A stretch of DNA of 64,000 bases, from the IMG/VR virus record IMGVR_UViG_2879998633_000003, positions 32,001 to 96,000 of that record. The stretch is one strand, 5' to 3'. Source of the stretch: a virus. Lineage: Duplodnaviria; Caudoviricetes. The position numbers and the translations under genes were made by a program. This document shows positions 8,582 through 17,895 of this stretch, one piece after another. Position 1 is the stretch's first letter. Each line of letters starts with the position of its first letter. The notes beneath the pieces were generated by a model. It made no database searches, was not told where the DNA came from, and was given only the letters and a program-made list of their open reading frames with translations.

Positions 8582-10432
8582 TTAACCAAGTAGATTTCGT
8601 GCTTTATCTATCAATGCCGATGTAAATCTAGACCTTTTCAGTTGGTCATCTGTCACATCACCATTACTGTCATTAACTACTGCGTCTATAATCTGGTGAC
8701 ATTTAGAGAAATGTGCAATATAAACATCACTTTTAAAGCTTTTGATTATTTTATCGCAGTAGTTATTTATTTTTTTTGAGTTTGGTTCTATTTTTTCGAC
8801 TTTACCGTGAACCACCCAAGGGTACAGCATTGCGATATGCCACCGGTATTTGTTATATCTTTGCGCATTTTCTCTTTTACCGTTAATCATTGTATTATAC
8901 TTATAGCGTATATAAACAGAAGCGAAGTAAGCGCACTCGTTGTCTGAAGGGTTAAATATAACATCTTCTTTTTTTTCAGATACTTGTTGGTCTGCTGCTT
9001 CTTGTTGGTCTGCCGCTTGTTGGTCTGCCACTTCTTGTTGGTCTGCCACTTGTTGGTCAGGGTTTTTTTGTCCAGATGCCTTTTGATTCAAAACTTTCTT
9101 CACATATCTCGCGGCATTATGAGGATCGGCCTTAAATACGGATATAAAACATCTAGCTAATTCTTTGATATCATAAATCCTTGTTGATTGGATATCGTGA
9201 CCACGATATTCATTTTCTCTGCGCTCAAAATATAGACTCTCTAACGTATCGTCCTTACGCTTTAGGTCAAAAAACTTTTGTACCATCCTCGCTTTTTCTT
9301 TAAGCGCTAAAAAAGCTTCTCCCTCAATAGCGGACTGACTATTAGTAGCTTCAATGATTCTACTAGCAACATCTGCATCTTGTGATTCAATAAATTTTAC
9401 TATTAATCTTACATCATCATTGATTTGATTATAGTGATGATGCAACGTATTAGTCGTTTGGCAACCATTTATTATTTGGTAATTAGTAAGGTTTATCACT
9501 TTTGTATTCGGCTGAATAGACAATTCTGGAGAGATAATTGTCACTCCATTATTTAAAACTGGGAATTGCTTAGATTTTATTTCATCGTCTGTTATTGTCT
9601 CTGAGATTTTTTTATTTACTTTATTCTCACCACCAAGAAAAGCCCTTATATTCTCTTCAAAAACAGACTCTTTAATCTTTCCGTCTTCATCCATTGCTAT
9701 TTTTTCAATGAAGTGCTTGGCTTTAACAGTCGCAATATATGATTGAGGAATACCCGGCATGGATTCAATACCGATGTAGTCAATTAACTGCAGTTCCGCT
9801 TCATTTTTTTCTGTGAGCGATATCCATAAGTCCATCAACTCCTTTCTACCTAATGGTTTAACTTCCACCTTGCTGAAATAGTCAGTCTCAATGCAAAAAC
9901 GTTTGATTATATCTAACGTTGCTTCGATCTCTCTCTCTGCATTATATGTCCCACTAGAACAAAAGTTTATCGTTAGCGAAGGTTTTTTATTATGTATTTT
10001 TTTGACATTTTTAAAAATTAACTTAAGAATTTCAATTGCTTGGGTGTTATAAATGCCATTTGGAAGTTTAGGTTCTAAACTTAGAAAGTCTTCTATACCT
10101 ACCTTAAAATTTGATATATCACTCTTTAAGAAACTTTCCCCAGATTTTGCTTGTGTAAGAATTATTTCAACGGGTAATGATGTTTTGTAAGTATTAAATG
10201 CTGCCTCAGCATCGTCAACATTATATATCAATTCCCCATCAACTATAAATATCACACCATCCAATGAGGCATCATCTTCTTGTGTGGTGATGTCGATTGG
10301 ATTGAATCTACCCAAATATTTTTTTGATGCTATGACATAGTTACAAAAATATTCAAATAGCTTCGACTCTTCAGCTTCAATTTCAAATTGAGCAGAGAGA
10401 TCTTGGACATACTGTTGAAGAATTGCGTGCAT
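8582..10432 (-). CDS. AIPR (abortive infection phage resistance) family protein
   Basis: FEENIRAFLG...FPVLNNGVTII...YQIINGCQTT...ATNSQ; AT-rich cargo. Confidence 0.85.
   Translation of the reverse strand: MHAILQQYVQDLSAQFEIEAEESKLFEYFCNYVIASKKYLGRFNPIDITTQEDDASLDGVIFIVDGELIYNVDDAEAAFNTYKTSLPVEIILTQAKSGESFLKSDISNFKVGIEDFLSLEPKLPNGIYNTQAIEILKLIFKNVKKIHNKKPSLTINFCSSGTYNAEREIEATLDIIKRFCIETDYFSKVEVKPLGRKELMDLWISLTEKNEAELQLIDYIGIESMPGIPQSYIATVKAKHFIEKIAMDEDGKIKESVFEENIRAFLGGENKVNKKISETITDDEIKSKQFPVLNNGVTIISPELSIQPNTKVINLTNYQIINGCQTTNTLHHHYNQINDDVRLIVKFIESQDADVASRIIEATNSQSAIEGEAFLALKEKARMVQKFFDLKRKDDTLESLYFERRENEYRGHDIQSTRIYDIKELARCFISVFKADPHNAARYVKKVLNQKASGQKNPDQQVADQQEVADQQAADQQEAADQQVSEKKEDVIFNPSDNECAYFASVYIRYKYNTMINGKRENAQRYNKYRWHIAMLYPWVVHGKVEKIEPNSKKINNYCDKIIKSFKSDVYIAHFSKCHQIIDAVVNDSNGDVTDDQLKRSRFTSALIDKARNLLG
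8984..9059. repeat. In-frame 15/18-bp tandem repeat in the AIPR gene (DQQVA/DQQEVA/DQQAA/DQQEAA)
   Basis: Five TTGTTGGTC cores separated by TGCYRC(TTC). Confidence 0.9.
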
Positions 10433-11043
10433 AATTATAATTCCTAGCTAAGATTAATGATTTTTATGAATCCTGCATTAAAACTAATCAAAGACAATAA
10501 AATTATTACACAATCAATTTGCTCATAATTTCACGGAATTGTCAATGTAAAAATACTGAACCGAATAAGTACATCGACTTGATAGGATATAGTTGTTACC
10601 GCATTACCTAGCTAAAACCTCGGAACTATCGCATTGTACTATGATTCTTATCTAAACATCATAGTCCACCCAGTTTAAACTCTCTTTTCCGTAGAAACGT
10701 CAGGAGGTTTGGAGCTTGTAGCGAACTAAGACGAGCTATTAGTGCTAAACATTTTAGCCATCGAACGTACTCCTGCTGCATTTACCAAACAATAAAAGGT
10801 TACACAATGTCTGATCAAGGACCTTTCCAGGTTAAGCTATCCGCTTATGTCACATAGCAGACAGCTATCTGCTGCTAAAGGTCCACTGTGAGCGAGAAAC
10901 GGAAGTGAGAATTTGTCATGATTACCCGGATGCAGAACTAAAATCGGCCGCTGATAATCAATGAAGAGCAGGTCAGGGTGACCAGCTCCCTTCTTATTTA
11001 TATATTACGGACAGGCGAGCATACGTTTTTACTTAATACTCGT

Positions 11044-12807
11044 TCACTTTAAGGCTTCGTCTCTGCCGTGATACCAGGTTTCAAAAGCATCAGGGGTCAT
11101 CGGTTTGGCAAAAAAATAGCCCTGAACTTCATCGCAGCCCAGCCTTCTTAAAATATCAACGGTCCTGGCGTCCTCGACTCCTTCGGCCAGAACGATATAG
11201 TCGAGCTGCTTGAGGAGTGTGATAACGTTGCGAACAATGATGCGGCTGGCATTGTCGCCAGCAACCTTACTCACAATAGAGCGGTCAAGCTTGATGATGT
11301 CCATCGGGATTTGTCGCAGGTAATTAATGTTGCTGTATCCGGAACCAAAATCATCCAGAGATATTTTAAATCCGCGTTGTTTGAGCATGTCCAGGCCGAT
11401 AAGTGCAGCGGGGCTTTCCAGCATCTTCTCGGTTTCCAGACACTCCACCCCCAGCAGGGCGGGATCCAGACGCGCGTCCAGCATTTTCTGTTCCAGCTCA
11501 TCGCAGAAATCTGGTCTTGAAAAATCACTGGCAGCCAGATTAATCGACACAGGTAAAGAAACTCCACGGCTTTGCCAGGCACTCAGTTGCACAATCGTGT
11601 GATCGATAACCCATGCTGTGAGTTCACGCATCAGGCTGGTCTTTTCGACCAGAGGAATAAACACACCCGGCAACACTTCGCCGTTTTTAGGATGTTGCCA
11701 TCTAAGCAAAGCTTCGGCTCCCGTCACACGCCCTGTCACCAGTGAGATTTTCGGCTGATAAACCAGATATAAGCCCTGGTTTTCTTGTAGCGCTTGTCTA
11801 ACTTCAGTAAGAAGGCTGAAATCAGTCTTCTTACGGCTATCCAGTGCGTCATCATAAACTGTAAACCGGCGCCCCTGACTTATCCCTTCATGCAATGCGC
11901 TGACTGCACGGCGCAGTATTTCATTCGATGTCAGAGATTTATCGCAAAGCCCGGAGTCACCCATGTGAATATCCAGATCAAGGGGAACTTCAGGGGTAAA
12001 CCTGGCCTGGATCCCCTGAAGGCTTTGAGAGATATCTTCTAATGTCCGAGTTTTTTCCTTATGGGTAAAAAAGGCAAATCGTCCAACTGCCACGGCGTAG
12101 AGCGGCCCTTCTAAAGGCAGGCGGATCTGCAGCTCTGCGACCATATTACGAAGTAGATTTTCTACGGCAGTCATACCGAGTGAGCGAGCCATTTCGTAGG
12201 CTAATGGCATATCAATACAATCAATAATGACGAGCCTGAATGCGCCTTCAGTTGAAACCTCTATATCCTTCAGCAGTCGCTGCCGGTTTGGTAATAGCGT
12301 GACTATATCGAGGTAGCCGACGGAGTGCCACGAGGCCAGAAAATCCGATATAAGTCCTGCAATCTTTTCAAAAAGATCGAGCTGCTCGTCTGAAAGTTCC
12401 CTAGGCTGAGTATCGAGGATACACAAGGTACCTATGGGTACTCCATCCTGGGTTTTAAGTGGGCAGCCTGCATAAAAGCGAATGAATGGAGCCTCTTTCA
12501 CCGCGTGATAGTCACGAAAGGTAGGGTGCTGATGAGTGTCATGACAAATGAATGTCTTACTCTGTTCCTGGGTCTGTACGCAAAATGCCTCGCTCAGGCT
12601 GATTTCCGTGACGGCAACATTTTGGGCTGATTTGATGTATTGCTTTTCTTCATCGAGAACAGAAACAAAGCCCATCGGCATGTTCAGCAATTGGCATATT
12701 AGATGAGTATATTTTTTTAACGCATCATCCCGGCCCTTGTCAGGATTTTTCAACAAGTCGATTGCCGCAAGTCTTTTACTTTCATCTCTGCTGAGATCGG
12801 TCAACAT
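11044..12807 (-). CDS. GAF-degenerate GGDEF-EAL c-di-GMP phosphodiesterase
   Basis: GAF (RFYAGCPL...GTLCILD); GGDEF position reads AVGRF; EALLRW, DDFGSGYS and EGVE intact. Confidence 0.9.
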   Translation of the reverse strand: MLTDLSRDESKRLAAIDLLKNPDKGRDDALKKYTHLICQLLNMPMGFVSVLDEEKQYIKSAQNVAVTEISLSEAFCVQTQEQSKTFICHDTHQHPTFRDYHAVKEAPFIRFYAGCPLKTQDGVPIGTLCILDTQPRELSDEQLDLFEKIAGLISDFLASWHSVGYLDIVTLLPNRQRLLKDIEVSTEGAFRLVIIDCIDMPLAYEMARSLGMTAVENLLRNMVAELQIRLPLEGPLYAVAVGRFAFFTHKEKTRTLEDISQSLQGIQARFTPEVPLDLDIHMGDSGLCDKSLTSNEILRRAVSALHEGISQGRRFTVYDDALDSRKKTDFSLLTEVRQALQENQGLYLVYQPKISLVTGRVTGAEALLRWQHPKNGEVLPGVFIPLVEKTSLMRELTAWVIDHTIVQLSAWQSRGVSLPVSINLAASDFSRPDFCDELEQKMLDARLDPALLGVECLETEKMLESPAALIGLDMLKQRGFKISLDDFGSGYSNINYLRQIPMDIIKLDRSIVSKVAGDNASRIIVRNVITLLKQLDYIVLAEGVEDARTVDILRRLGCDEVQGYFFAKPMTPDAFETWYHGRDEALK

Positions 12808-13012
12808 GGCAAGACATCCTCCGGCGCAATAGGCTTCTGGTTATTCCACACTCAAAGGTAGCATGCATCATTCTTCCAATGGCATATGGTAATACATACG
12901 CTGTGACCTGCATAAACTCTCACATTAAAATGTTTCCAGTTGATTGTCTCCCGGAAATGTCGCCCCCGGGCTGCCCGGTAATCCATTTGCTGGTTGTGTT
13001 TGTGTCAGTAAT

Positions 13013-13036
13013 GTCCGCTCCTGGCACTCAGCGGAC
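13013..13036 (+). repeat. Best-conserved copy of the GTCCGCT-N10-AGCGGAC cargo-flanking hairpin family
   Basis: GTCCGCT CCTGGCACTC AGCGGAC; related copies start at 7794, 8454, 10839, 10881, 23066, 24269, 25093, 25624 and 28087. Confidence 0.75.
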
Positions 13037-13120
13037 ATCTCAGCTTTGCCTCACCCCGGGATATTTAAACTTAGCTTTGACATCCCGTACCAGTTGCTGT
13101 TGATTCCATTTTAGGCATAA

Positions 13121-13561
13121 TCAGCACCTCGTCGCTTTGCGCAGGCAGCGGTTACGCATTTTGGCAAGCAACCAGAGTTCGTTTGCTGTTGTAGTCATCC
13201 CAAGCATCGATGTGTAAACAGTCGCAGCCCGGCGCCACAGCTTTTTGTCTTCCAGCGTCTTCGCCAGGGCCAGTGCGTCCTGGACTTTCTTCACATCCTC
13301 TTCAGATAATGGTGTTGCAGTCTGCGGCAGGGCAACATCGGGAACCTCAACGCCTGCAACAACCCGGTAGACATACTGGCAACCGTTATGGGTACGATGG
13401 AGTTTTCCCGCGGCATGGAGTTGCCGCAGCAAGTTACCTGCTGTACTGGCTTGCAAGTCCAGCGCATCGCAGACATCCTGCAGGACGCATTCTGGCGTCC
13501 GGCTAACGATGGCAAGCACCATCTGTGCTTTGGTTACTTTGGTTTTTGATTGTTTGGTCAT
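13121..13561 (-). CDS. wHTH + PerC-like phage protein
   Basis: N-terminal HTH; AKTLEDKKLWRRAA PerC-like motif. Confidence 0.65.
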   Translation of the reverse strand: MTKQSKTKVTKAQMVLAIVSRTPECVLQDVCDALDLQASTAGNLLRQLHAAGKLHRTHNGCQYVYRVVAGVEVPDVALPQTATPLSEEDVKKVQDALALAKTLEDKKLWRRAATVYTSMLGMTTTANELWLLAKMRNRCLRKATRC

Positions 13562-13574
13562 GGTCAAAACTCGT

Positions 13575-14294
13575 TTACTTGGTTAAACCTGCCGCCTTGC
13601 GGCGTTTGTACTCTTCCATCAGAACCTGCGCTGGCGTCGGCCCAGCTGGATGCCTCGGTGCTGCCAACTGCCGACGAATCGGAGGAATCGAAAACCCGTT
13701 AGCCAGGTGTTTAGTCCATTTCGTGAGTAAGTTTTCTGCCAGTTTTTTCAGCTCTCCCTCCGTCAGGTTCCTCTCAACTCCGGTTCTGCGCATCTCAATG
13801 CAAATGTGATACAGAACATCCTGTTTCCATGGATATTTGTCGCTGCCCGAGTATCGATAAGATTCGTTTCTCCAGCGTTTGTACTCCGCCATCACTGCAT
13901 CGGATGTCAGATTGAATGGATTAGCACCGCTGGCTGACACCAGCGCAACGAACTCAGCAAGATCCGGCGGCCATGTGTTTCCCGCCGCACAGCGCTCCAT
14001 ACACTGCCTGCAGACCAGCATAATCTGGGCATCACTCATCGATCCAATCTGGGCAATCCACATATCCGAGGGCGCCGCCCCGTTCTTCTGGGTCCACCGG
14101 TTCGAGAATATCTCCCCCATTACCGTCCATAGCCGCCAAGCCGTATCCGCCGCCAGCAAGTCCGTTTTGCTTTTCCCAGCGCTCTCTGGCTGCCTGAATT
14201 TCCTGAACTGCCCGGGATGCGGTGTTAGCTGGTTGAATTCCTGCATGGCCATTACCTCCGGTTGCTGGTTGTGGTTTAGATTTGGCTCTGGCAC
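13575..14294 (-). CDS. Replication protein P-like (helicase loader); exact start uncertain
   Basis: W...MGEIFSNRW...WPPDLAEF motif; follows the initiator gene. Confidence 0.7.
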   Translation of the reverse strand: MPEPNLNHNQQPEVMAMQEFNQLTPHPGQFRKFRQPESAGKSKTDLLAADTAWRLWTVMGEIFSNRWTQKNGAAPSDMWIAQIGSMSDAQIMLVCRQCMERCAAGNTWPPDLAEFVALVSASGANPFNLTSDAVMAEYKRWRNESYRYSGSDKYPWKQDVLYHICIEMRRTGVERNLTEGELKKLAENLLTKWTKHLANGFSIPPIRRQLAAPRHPAGPTPAQVLMEEYKRRKAAGLTK

Positions 14295-15015
14295 TTATCA
14301 CGCTGCGGGCAAATTTCTGCTCCCACTGAATCTGAGTGAACACTTTCCCCTCGGATTTCCAGTACGCGATGAACTCTGCCAGCTCTGTAGGCAGGTATGC
14401 CGGTTCGGGAAGCGCTATACCCCAGGTAGCAGCCAGTCGCGGCCAGTCCTGTGACGGCAGCCAAAGGTCGTGCATGGTGAATTTTCCGATCGGAATATCC
14501 ACTCCAGGTAGATACTGAGGTTGCTGGGGAAAATTTCTCTCCTGCGCATAGAGAGTGGGGTTTGATCCTTTTCCCTTCCCTTCCCTTCCTTTTCCGTCAG
14601 TGAGTCCTCCATGAGGATTCACTGAGTCCTCACTGAGCCCTCCTTGATTAGGAGCTCTCTTTTCTTCCTTTCCTGCCTTAGACTCAGTGAATTCTGGCGG
14701 AAGAGGTATTTTTGAGGCCGAAGGCCTGTTTATTTTTTGATGCTTAAGGAAACCTTTAATCTGCAAATAGCAGACATCATTCACTGAATACTCAGTGAGT
14801 AATCCATGAGTAATCAGTTCCTGTATTAGTGGTTCGCAATCGAGCGCGTCCGCAGGGAAGATTTGCATCTTCAACCGTTTTGGCGAACGCTCAAGGCATC
14901 CCATATCGTTGGCGAAGTTGAACAACCCGATAAACAGGAGACGCGCTGGAATTGAACATTCCACCACCTTCTCATCTGTCCAGAATTCAGGTTTAACTGT
15001 TCTGATGCGGGCCAT
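14032..15015 (-). CDS. Replication initiator (O-like, DnaT-like C-terminal domain)
   Basis: MARIRTVKPEFWTDEK; ELAEFIAYWKSEG...QWEQKFA. Confidence 0.85.
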   Translation of the reverse strand: MARIRTVKPEFWTDEKVVECSIPARLLFIGLFNFANDMGCLERSPKRLKMQIFPADALDCEPLIQELITHGLLTEYSVNDVCYLQIKGFLKHQKINRPSASKIPLPPEFTESKAGKEEKRAPNQGGLSEDSVNPHGGLTDGKGREGKGKGSNPTLYAQERNFPQQPQYLPGVDIPIGKFTMHDLWLPSQDWPRLAATWGIALPEPAYLPTELAEFIAYWKSEGKVFTQIQWEQKFARSVISARAKSKPQPATGGNGHAGIQPANTASRAVQEIQAARERWEKQNGLAGGGYGLAAMDGNGGDILEPVDPEERGGALGYVDCPDWIDE

Positions 15016-15066
15016 CTGAAACCTCTTATTAACCAGCTGGTGCTGGTGGTCATTGTCAAAACTCGA

Positions 15067-15627
15067 TTAGAAAAACTGCGGCGCTACGGCGCTGATGCTC
15101 GCCAGTAGTGGTCCCGCCGCATCTGCAGGGAGCATGTTAAAAAGTGCAATTGCAGCTTCCCGTATTTCACGCTCTAGTTTCTGCAGTGGTGCGCCAAGTA
15201 ACTTGGCCTGGTGCGCTTCGCTGCATTCTTTGATTGCATTGGCCACCAGCTCAGTTTCAGTTAAGCCATGTTTTAGGCCATGTTTGCGCGCGATCTCTAT
15301 CGGCATTGCATCAGCGATCGCCGCCGAAAGCTGGATGACATAACTGGTGTACTTCTCTGAACCGCCCTCGTTTTTCAGGTAGCGATACAGATTTTGTTTA
15401 TTGACGCTGATACCGCGCCCGTTTTGTTTCTCCCACTGTTCGGCCACCAGCTGCGCGACGTGGTCTTGCGCACGCCCAGGTAATGAGGACTCCCATTCCT
15501 GAACGGCGGCCAAAATGGCTCGGCATTTCTTGCCGTCACGCCGACGGGGCAAATACTGATTTTCCGTTTTCAGTTGCATACTCATCACCGGAGTATGATT
15601 TTCAAAAGAGGTGGTTTGCATGGTCAC
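15067..15627 (-). CDS. CII-like / YdaT family protein
   Basis: Between cro and the initiator; NKQNLYRYL and KECSEAHQAKLLGAP motifs. Confidence 0.75.
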   Translation of the reverse strand: MTMQTTSFENHTPVMSMQLKTENQYLPRRRDGKKCRAILAAVQEWESSLPGRAQDHVAQLVAEQWEKQNGRGISVNKQNLYRYLKNEGGSEKYTSYVIQLSAAIADAMPIEIARKHGLKHGLTETELVANAIKECSEAHQAKLLGAPLQKLEREIREAAIALFNMLPADAAGPLLASISAVAPQFF

Positions 15628-15839
15628 TCCTTAGGTATTCCATCCGTCGGATTCGGATATAGATCAGGACGTAATTCATGAGGCGTAACGCCCGTTGCAT
15701 TAAAAACCTGTAAAACTCGCGATGAAGGCACAATACCTTTTGTTTTCCACTGACTTACTGCCATGCCGCTTACTCCAAGCGTTGATGCTAATTTATTGGC
15801 TGAGCCAGCTACTCGAATTGCGTTATCAAGGGCTGTCAT
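15624..15839 (-). CDS. Cro-like (YdaS) repressor
   Basis: HTH LASTLGVSGMAVSQW; terminal ELRPDLY. Confidence 0.9.
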   Translation of the reverse strand: MTALDNAIRVAGSANKLASTLGVSGMAVSQWKTKGIVPSSRVLQVFNATGVTPHELRPDLYPNPTDGIPKE

Positions 15840-15940
15840 ATCTATCTCCTCGTTAAGTTAGGCATAATAAAGCATAGGTTTATATTCAATGCAAATTTTT
15901 AATTTATTGTGACTATAAACTAAACCTTTACAATGGGCTT

Positions 15941-16330
15941 ATGAAAAACACTGAAGAACTCAACAACCAACTGATTGCTCGTTTGGAAGAAATTACTCAA
16001 AGAGGGATCAGCAAGGCGGATATGGCTCGCATTGCTGGAGTTACACCTCAAGCGGTGAATGGGTGGTTTAAGAAAGGAGTAATCAGTAAAAAGTCCGCAA
16101 TTGCCCTCGCGGAAGCTGCCAATGTGTCTGTAACTTGGTTGCTTGGAGAGAAAGTATCTGAAGATTCAGGCCTCAAGCCAAATGAGAGCAAAATGTTACG
16201 TCTGTTTAGGCAGTTACCTGAGGCTGAACAAGAGAGAATGATTGATACGTTTGAAGTCCGCCTAAAAGAAATCGATGATTATGTTGAGAAATATCTCCGT
16301 GGTCGATTTAAGGCTAGCGACACTAACTAA
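15941..16330 (+). CDS. CI-like repressor, XRE HTH with no S24 peptidase domain
   Basis: SKADMARIAGVTPQAVNGWF; divergent from cro; only 129 aa. Confidence 0.85.
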   Translation: MKNTEELNNQLIARLEEITQRGISKADMARIAGVTPQAVNGWFKKGVISKKSAIALAEAANVSVTWLLGEKVSEDSGLKPNESKMLRLFRQLPEAEQERMIDTFEVRLKEIDDYVEKYLRGRFKASDTN

Positions 16331-16351
16331 CATCTCTGATCTCACCCCATG

Positions 16352-16377
16352 AAACCGGCAAATGCCGGTTTTTTTTT
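16352..16377 (+). terminator. Rho-independent terminator after the repressor
   Basis: AAACCGGC AAAT GCCGGTTTTTTTT. Confidence 0.85.
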
Positions 16378-16457
16378 GCCTGCCGCGCAGCCTCAATCAC
16401 TCCAACAGCTCCCCTGTCTCGATTAAAGCAAAAGTTTGCATCTGTATAAATCCAATA

Positions 16458-16487
16458 TTGACATCAAACATAAACCAATGCTTTAAT
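16458..16487 (+). promoter_or_regulatory. PL-like promoter with an operator-like motif
   Basis: TTGACA-18 bp-TTTAAT; ATAAACCAATGCTT resembles motifs in the cro/cI intergenic region. Confidence 0.55.
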
Positions 16488-16623
16488 CATTCCATCGCAG
16501 CAAGTCATCGAGGCAGGAAGCCCACGAAGTAGCTGCCGGCGGCATACGAAACACCGGATGAGATGACAGCAATATCAATCGCAGCAGGTTCAACGTTCGG
16601 CTGCCCGGCCTTAAGGGAAAGAA

Positions 16624-16752
16624 ATGAGTATGGATAAAGCATATGAAGACTATTTTGAAAGCCTCTCTGAAGGTGAGGAGGCGCTGAGTTTCAGCGAGTT
16701 TACCGCGGCGCTTTCAGGTAAGCCGGCAGACTGCGCCTCTTCTGAAATGTAA
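16624..16752 (+). CDS. ydfB: YdfB-like small protein
   Basis: MDKAYEDYFESLSEGEEALSFSEF resembles Qin prophage YdfB. Confidence 0.7.
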   Translation: MSMDKAYEDYFESLSEGEEALSFSEFTAALSGKPADCASSEM

Positions 16753-16870
16753 TGGAAATCCTGCGCGCTTCGTGGTGGTGAATTGCAGGGTGAAAAAGCT
16801 CAATCGTGAAGATCAGCGTCACGACACCACCGACGAAGCGCGTCGAAGTAGTGAAAATAAAAAATCAGGG

Positions 16871-17018
16871 TTTGCAATGCGGTGAATGCGGCTATGCGCA
16901 CGCGACACAGTTAAAAAAGTAAACATGGCGGTTATTCACACGTTGTGGGGAAAAAGTTGTCGGCGGTAGTTGTTAACTGGCTGCCGTCACCGGGAGGCAC
17001 CCGGCGCCGCATTGCAAA
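16871..17018 (+). ncRNA. Structured RNA element in the PL transcript, paralog of 57828-57942
   Basis: Outer stem TTTGCAATGCGGTG/CGCCGCATTGCAAA; internal CCGGGAGGCACCCGG hairpin. Confidence 0.5.
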
Positions 17019-17053
17019 ACCACATCCTAATACTGAGTTAACTGGAGATAACT

Positions 17054-17176
17054 ATGAAGGATTTTGCCCGAGTACCTACCGGGAACCAGGCGACCCGCCT
17101 GAACTGGTTCGAGGTGAGACTACGCCAGCTGTGTTACTTGCTGGCGCAGAAAGGAAACCCTGAGGCTGAGGCATGA
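17054..17176 (+). CDS. 40-aa early protein at the kil/dicB position (MKDFARVPTGNQATRLNWFEV...)
   Basis: GGAGA RBS; ATGA overlap with ydfD. Confidence 0.6.
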   Translation: MKDFARVPTGNQATRLNWFEVRLRQLCYLLAQKGNPEAEA

Positions 17177-17367
17177 ATACCCTGTTTGCCCTTGTCATCA
17201 GCGTTTGTGCTCTCACTGGTGAATGCTCTGATGTTCTGATCGGTGTTTATCCATCAGAGGCCAGTTGCAACAGCAACGCCGATGAACAAAAAGTACAGGG
17301 CCAGTGCCTCCCCTACCGAAATGCACAAAACATGGCTGACGACCAACAGCCTGCAGCGAGTTTTTGA
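17173..17367 (+). CDS. ydfD: YdfD/DUF1482 family protein
   Basis: LFALVISVC..GEC.DVLIGVY..EASC. Confidence 0.75.
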   Translation: MNTLFALVISVCALTGECSDVLIGVYPSEASCNSNADEQKVQGQCLPYRNAQNMADDQQPAASF

Positions 17368-17409
17368 ATCGAGTTTTGACCAATGGCCGTTACGGCCGGA
17401 GAAGTGATT

Positions 17410-17754
17410 ATGGAATTTGGAATGAAACGCGTTCTGGCATCTGTCCAGGCCGCCGCCACTTTGAATAAGCTCTATGACGGCTCGCCCGTTTCACTGACGG
17501 CCATCAGTAAAGAGTCAAAGCTGTCTACTTCATACCTTGAGCAGATCTTCAAAAAGCTGCGGGCGGGTAACCTGGTAATTTCACAGCGTGGCCCAGGTGG
17601 TGGTTATAGCCCCCGCGGCGATGACATCACCGTTACAGAAGTGATCACTGCGGTATCTAAACTGCCAGCCCATAAAACTTTTGAGCCTATCCTGCGAGCG
17701 CTTGACGACGTTCGCGTATCACAGCTGCTGCGGGCCGATTCGCCAGCCCCATAA
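17410..17754 (+). CDS. Rrf2/IscR-like winged-HTH regulator lacking cysteines
   Basis: SYLEQIFKKLRAGNLVISQRGPGGGY. Confidence 0.85.
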   Translation: MEFGMKRVLASVQAAATLNKLYDGSPVSLTAISKESKLSTSYLEQIFKKLRAGNLVISQRGPGGGYSPRGDDITVTEVITAVSKLPAHKTFEPILRALDDVRVSQLLRADSPAP

Positions 17755-17895
17755 AGCACAAAACCCGCGCAAGGCGGGTTAAGTACCCGGTCAGCCGACC
17801 AAAGCTTTCCGGAATCGAGTTTTGACCAATGACCACCACCAGGGCGGCTGCCATCAGCTGCCGGGTATCTTACAATCCAAAGGAGCCCAAACGCA

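Noticed and set aside
8984-9059. Short repeats resembling a CRISPR array
   Set aside because: 15/18-bp units with no unique spacers, in frame within a gene, and no cas genes in the window
16760-17050. DicF sRNA, expected from Qin-like synteny
   Set aside because: I could not match the DicF sequence; only unnamed hairpins are visible
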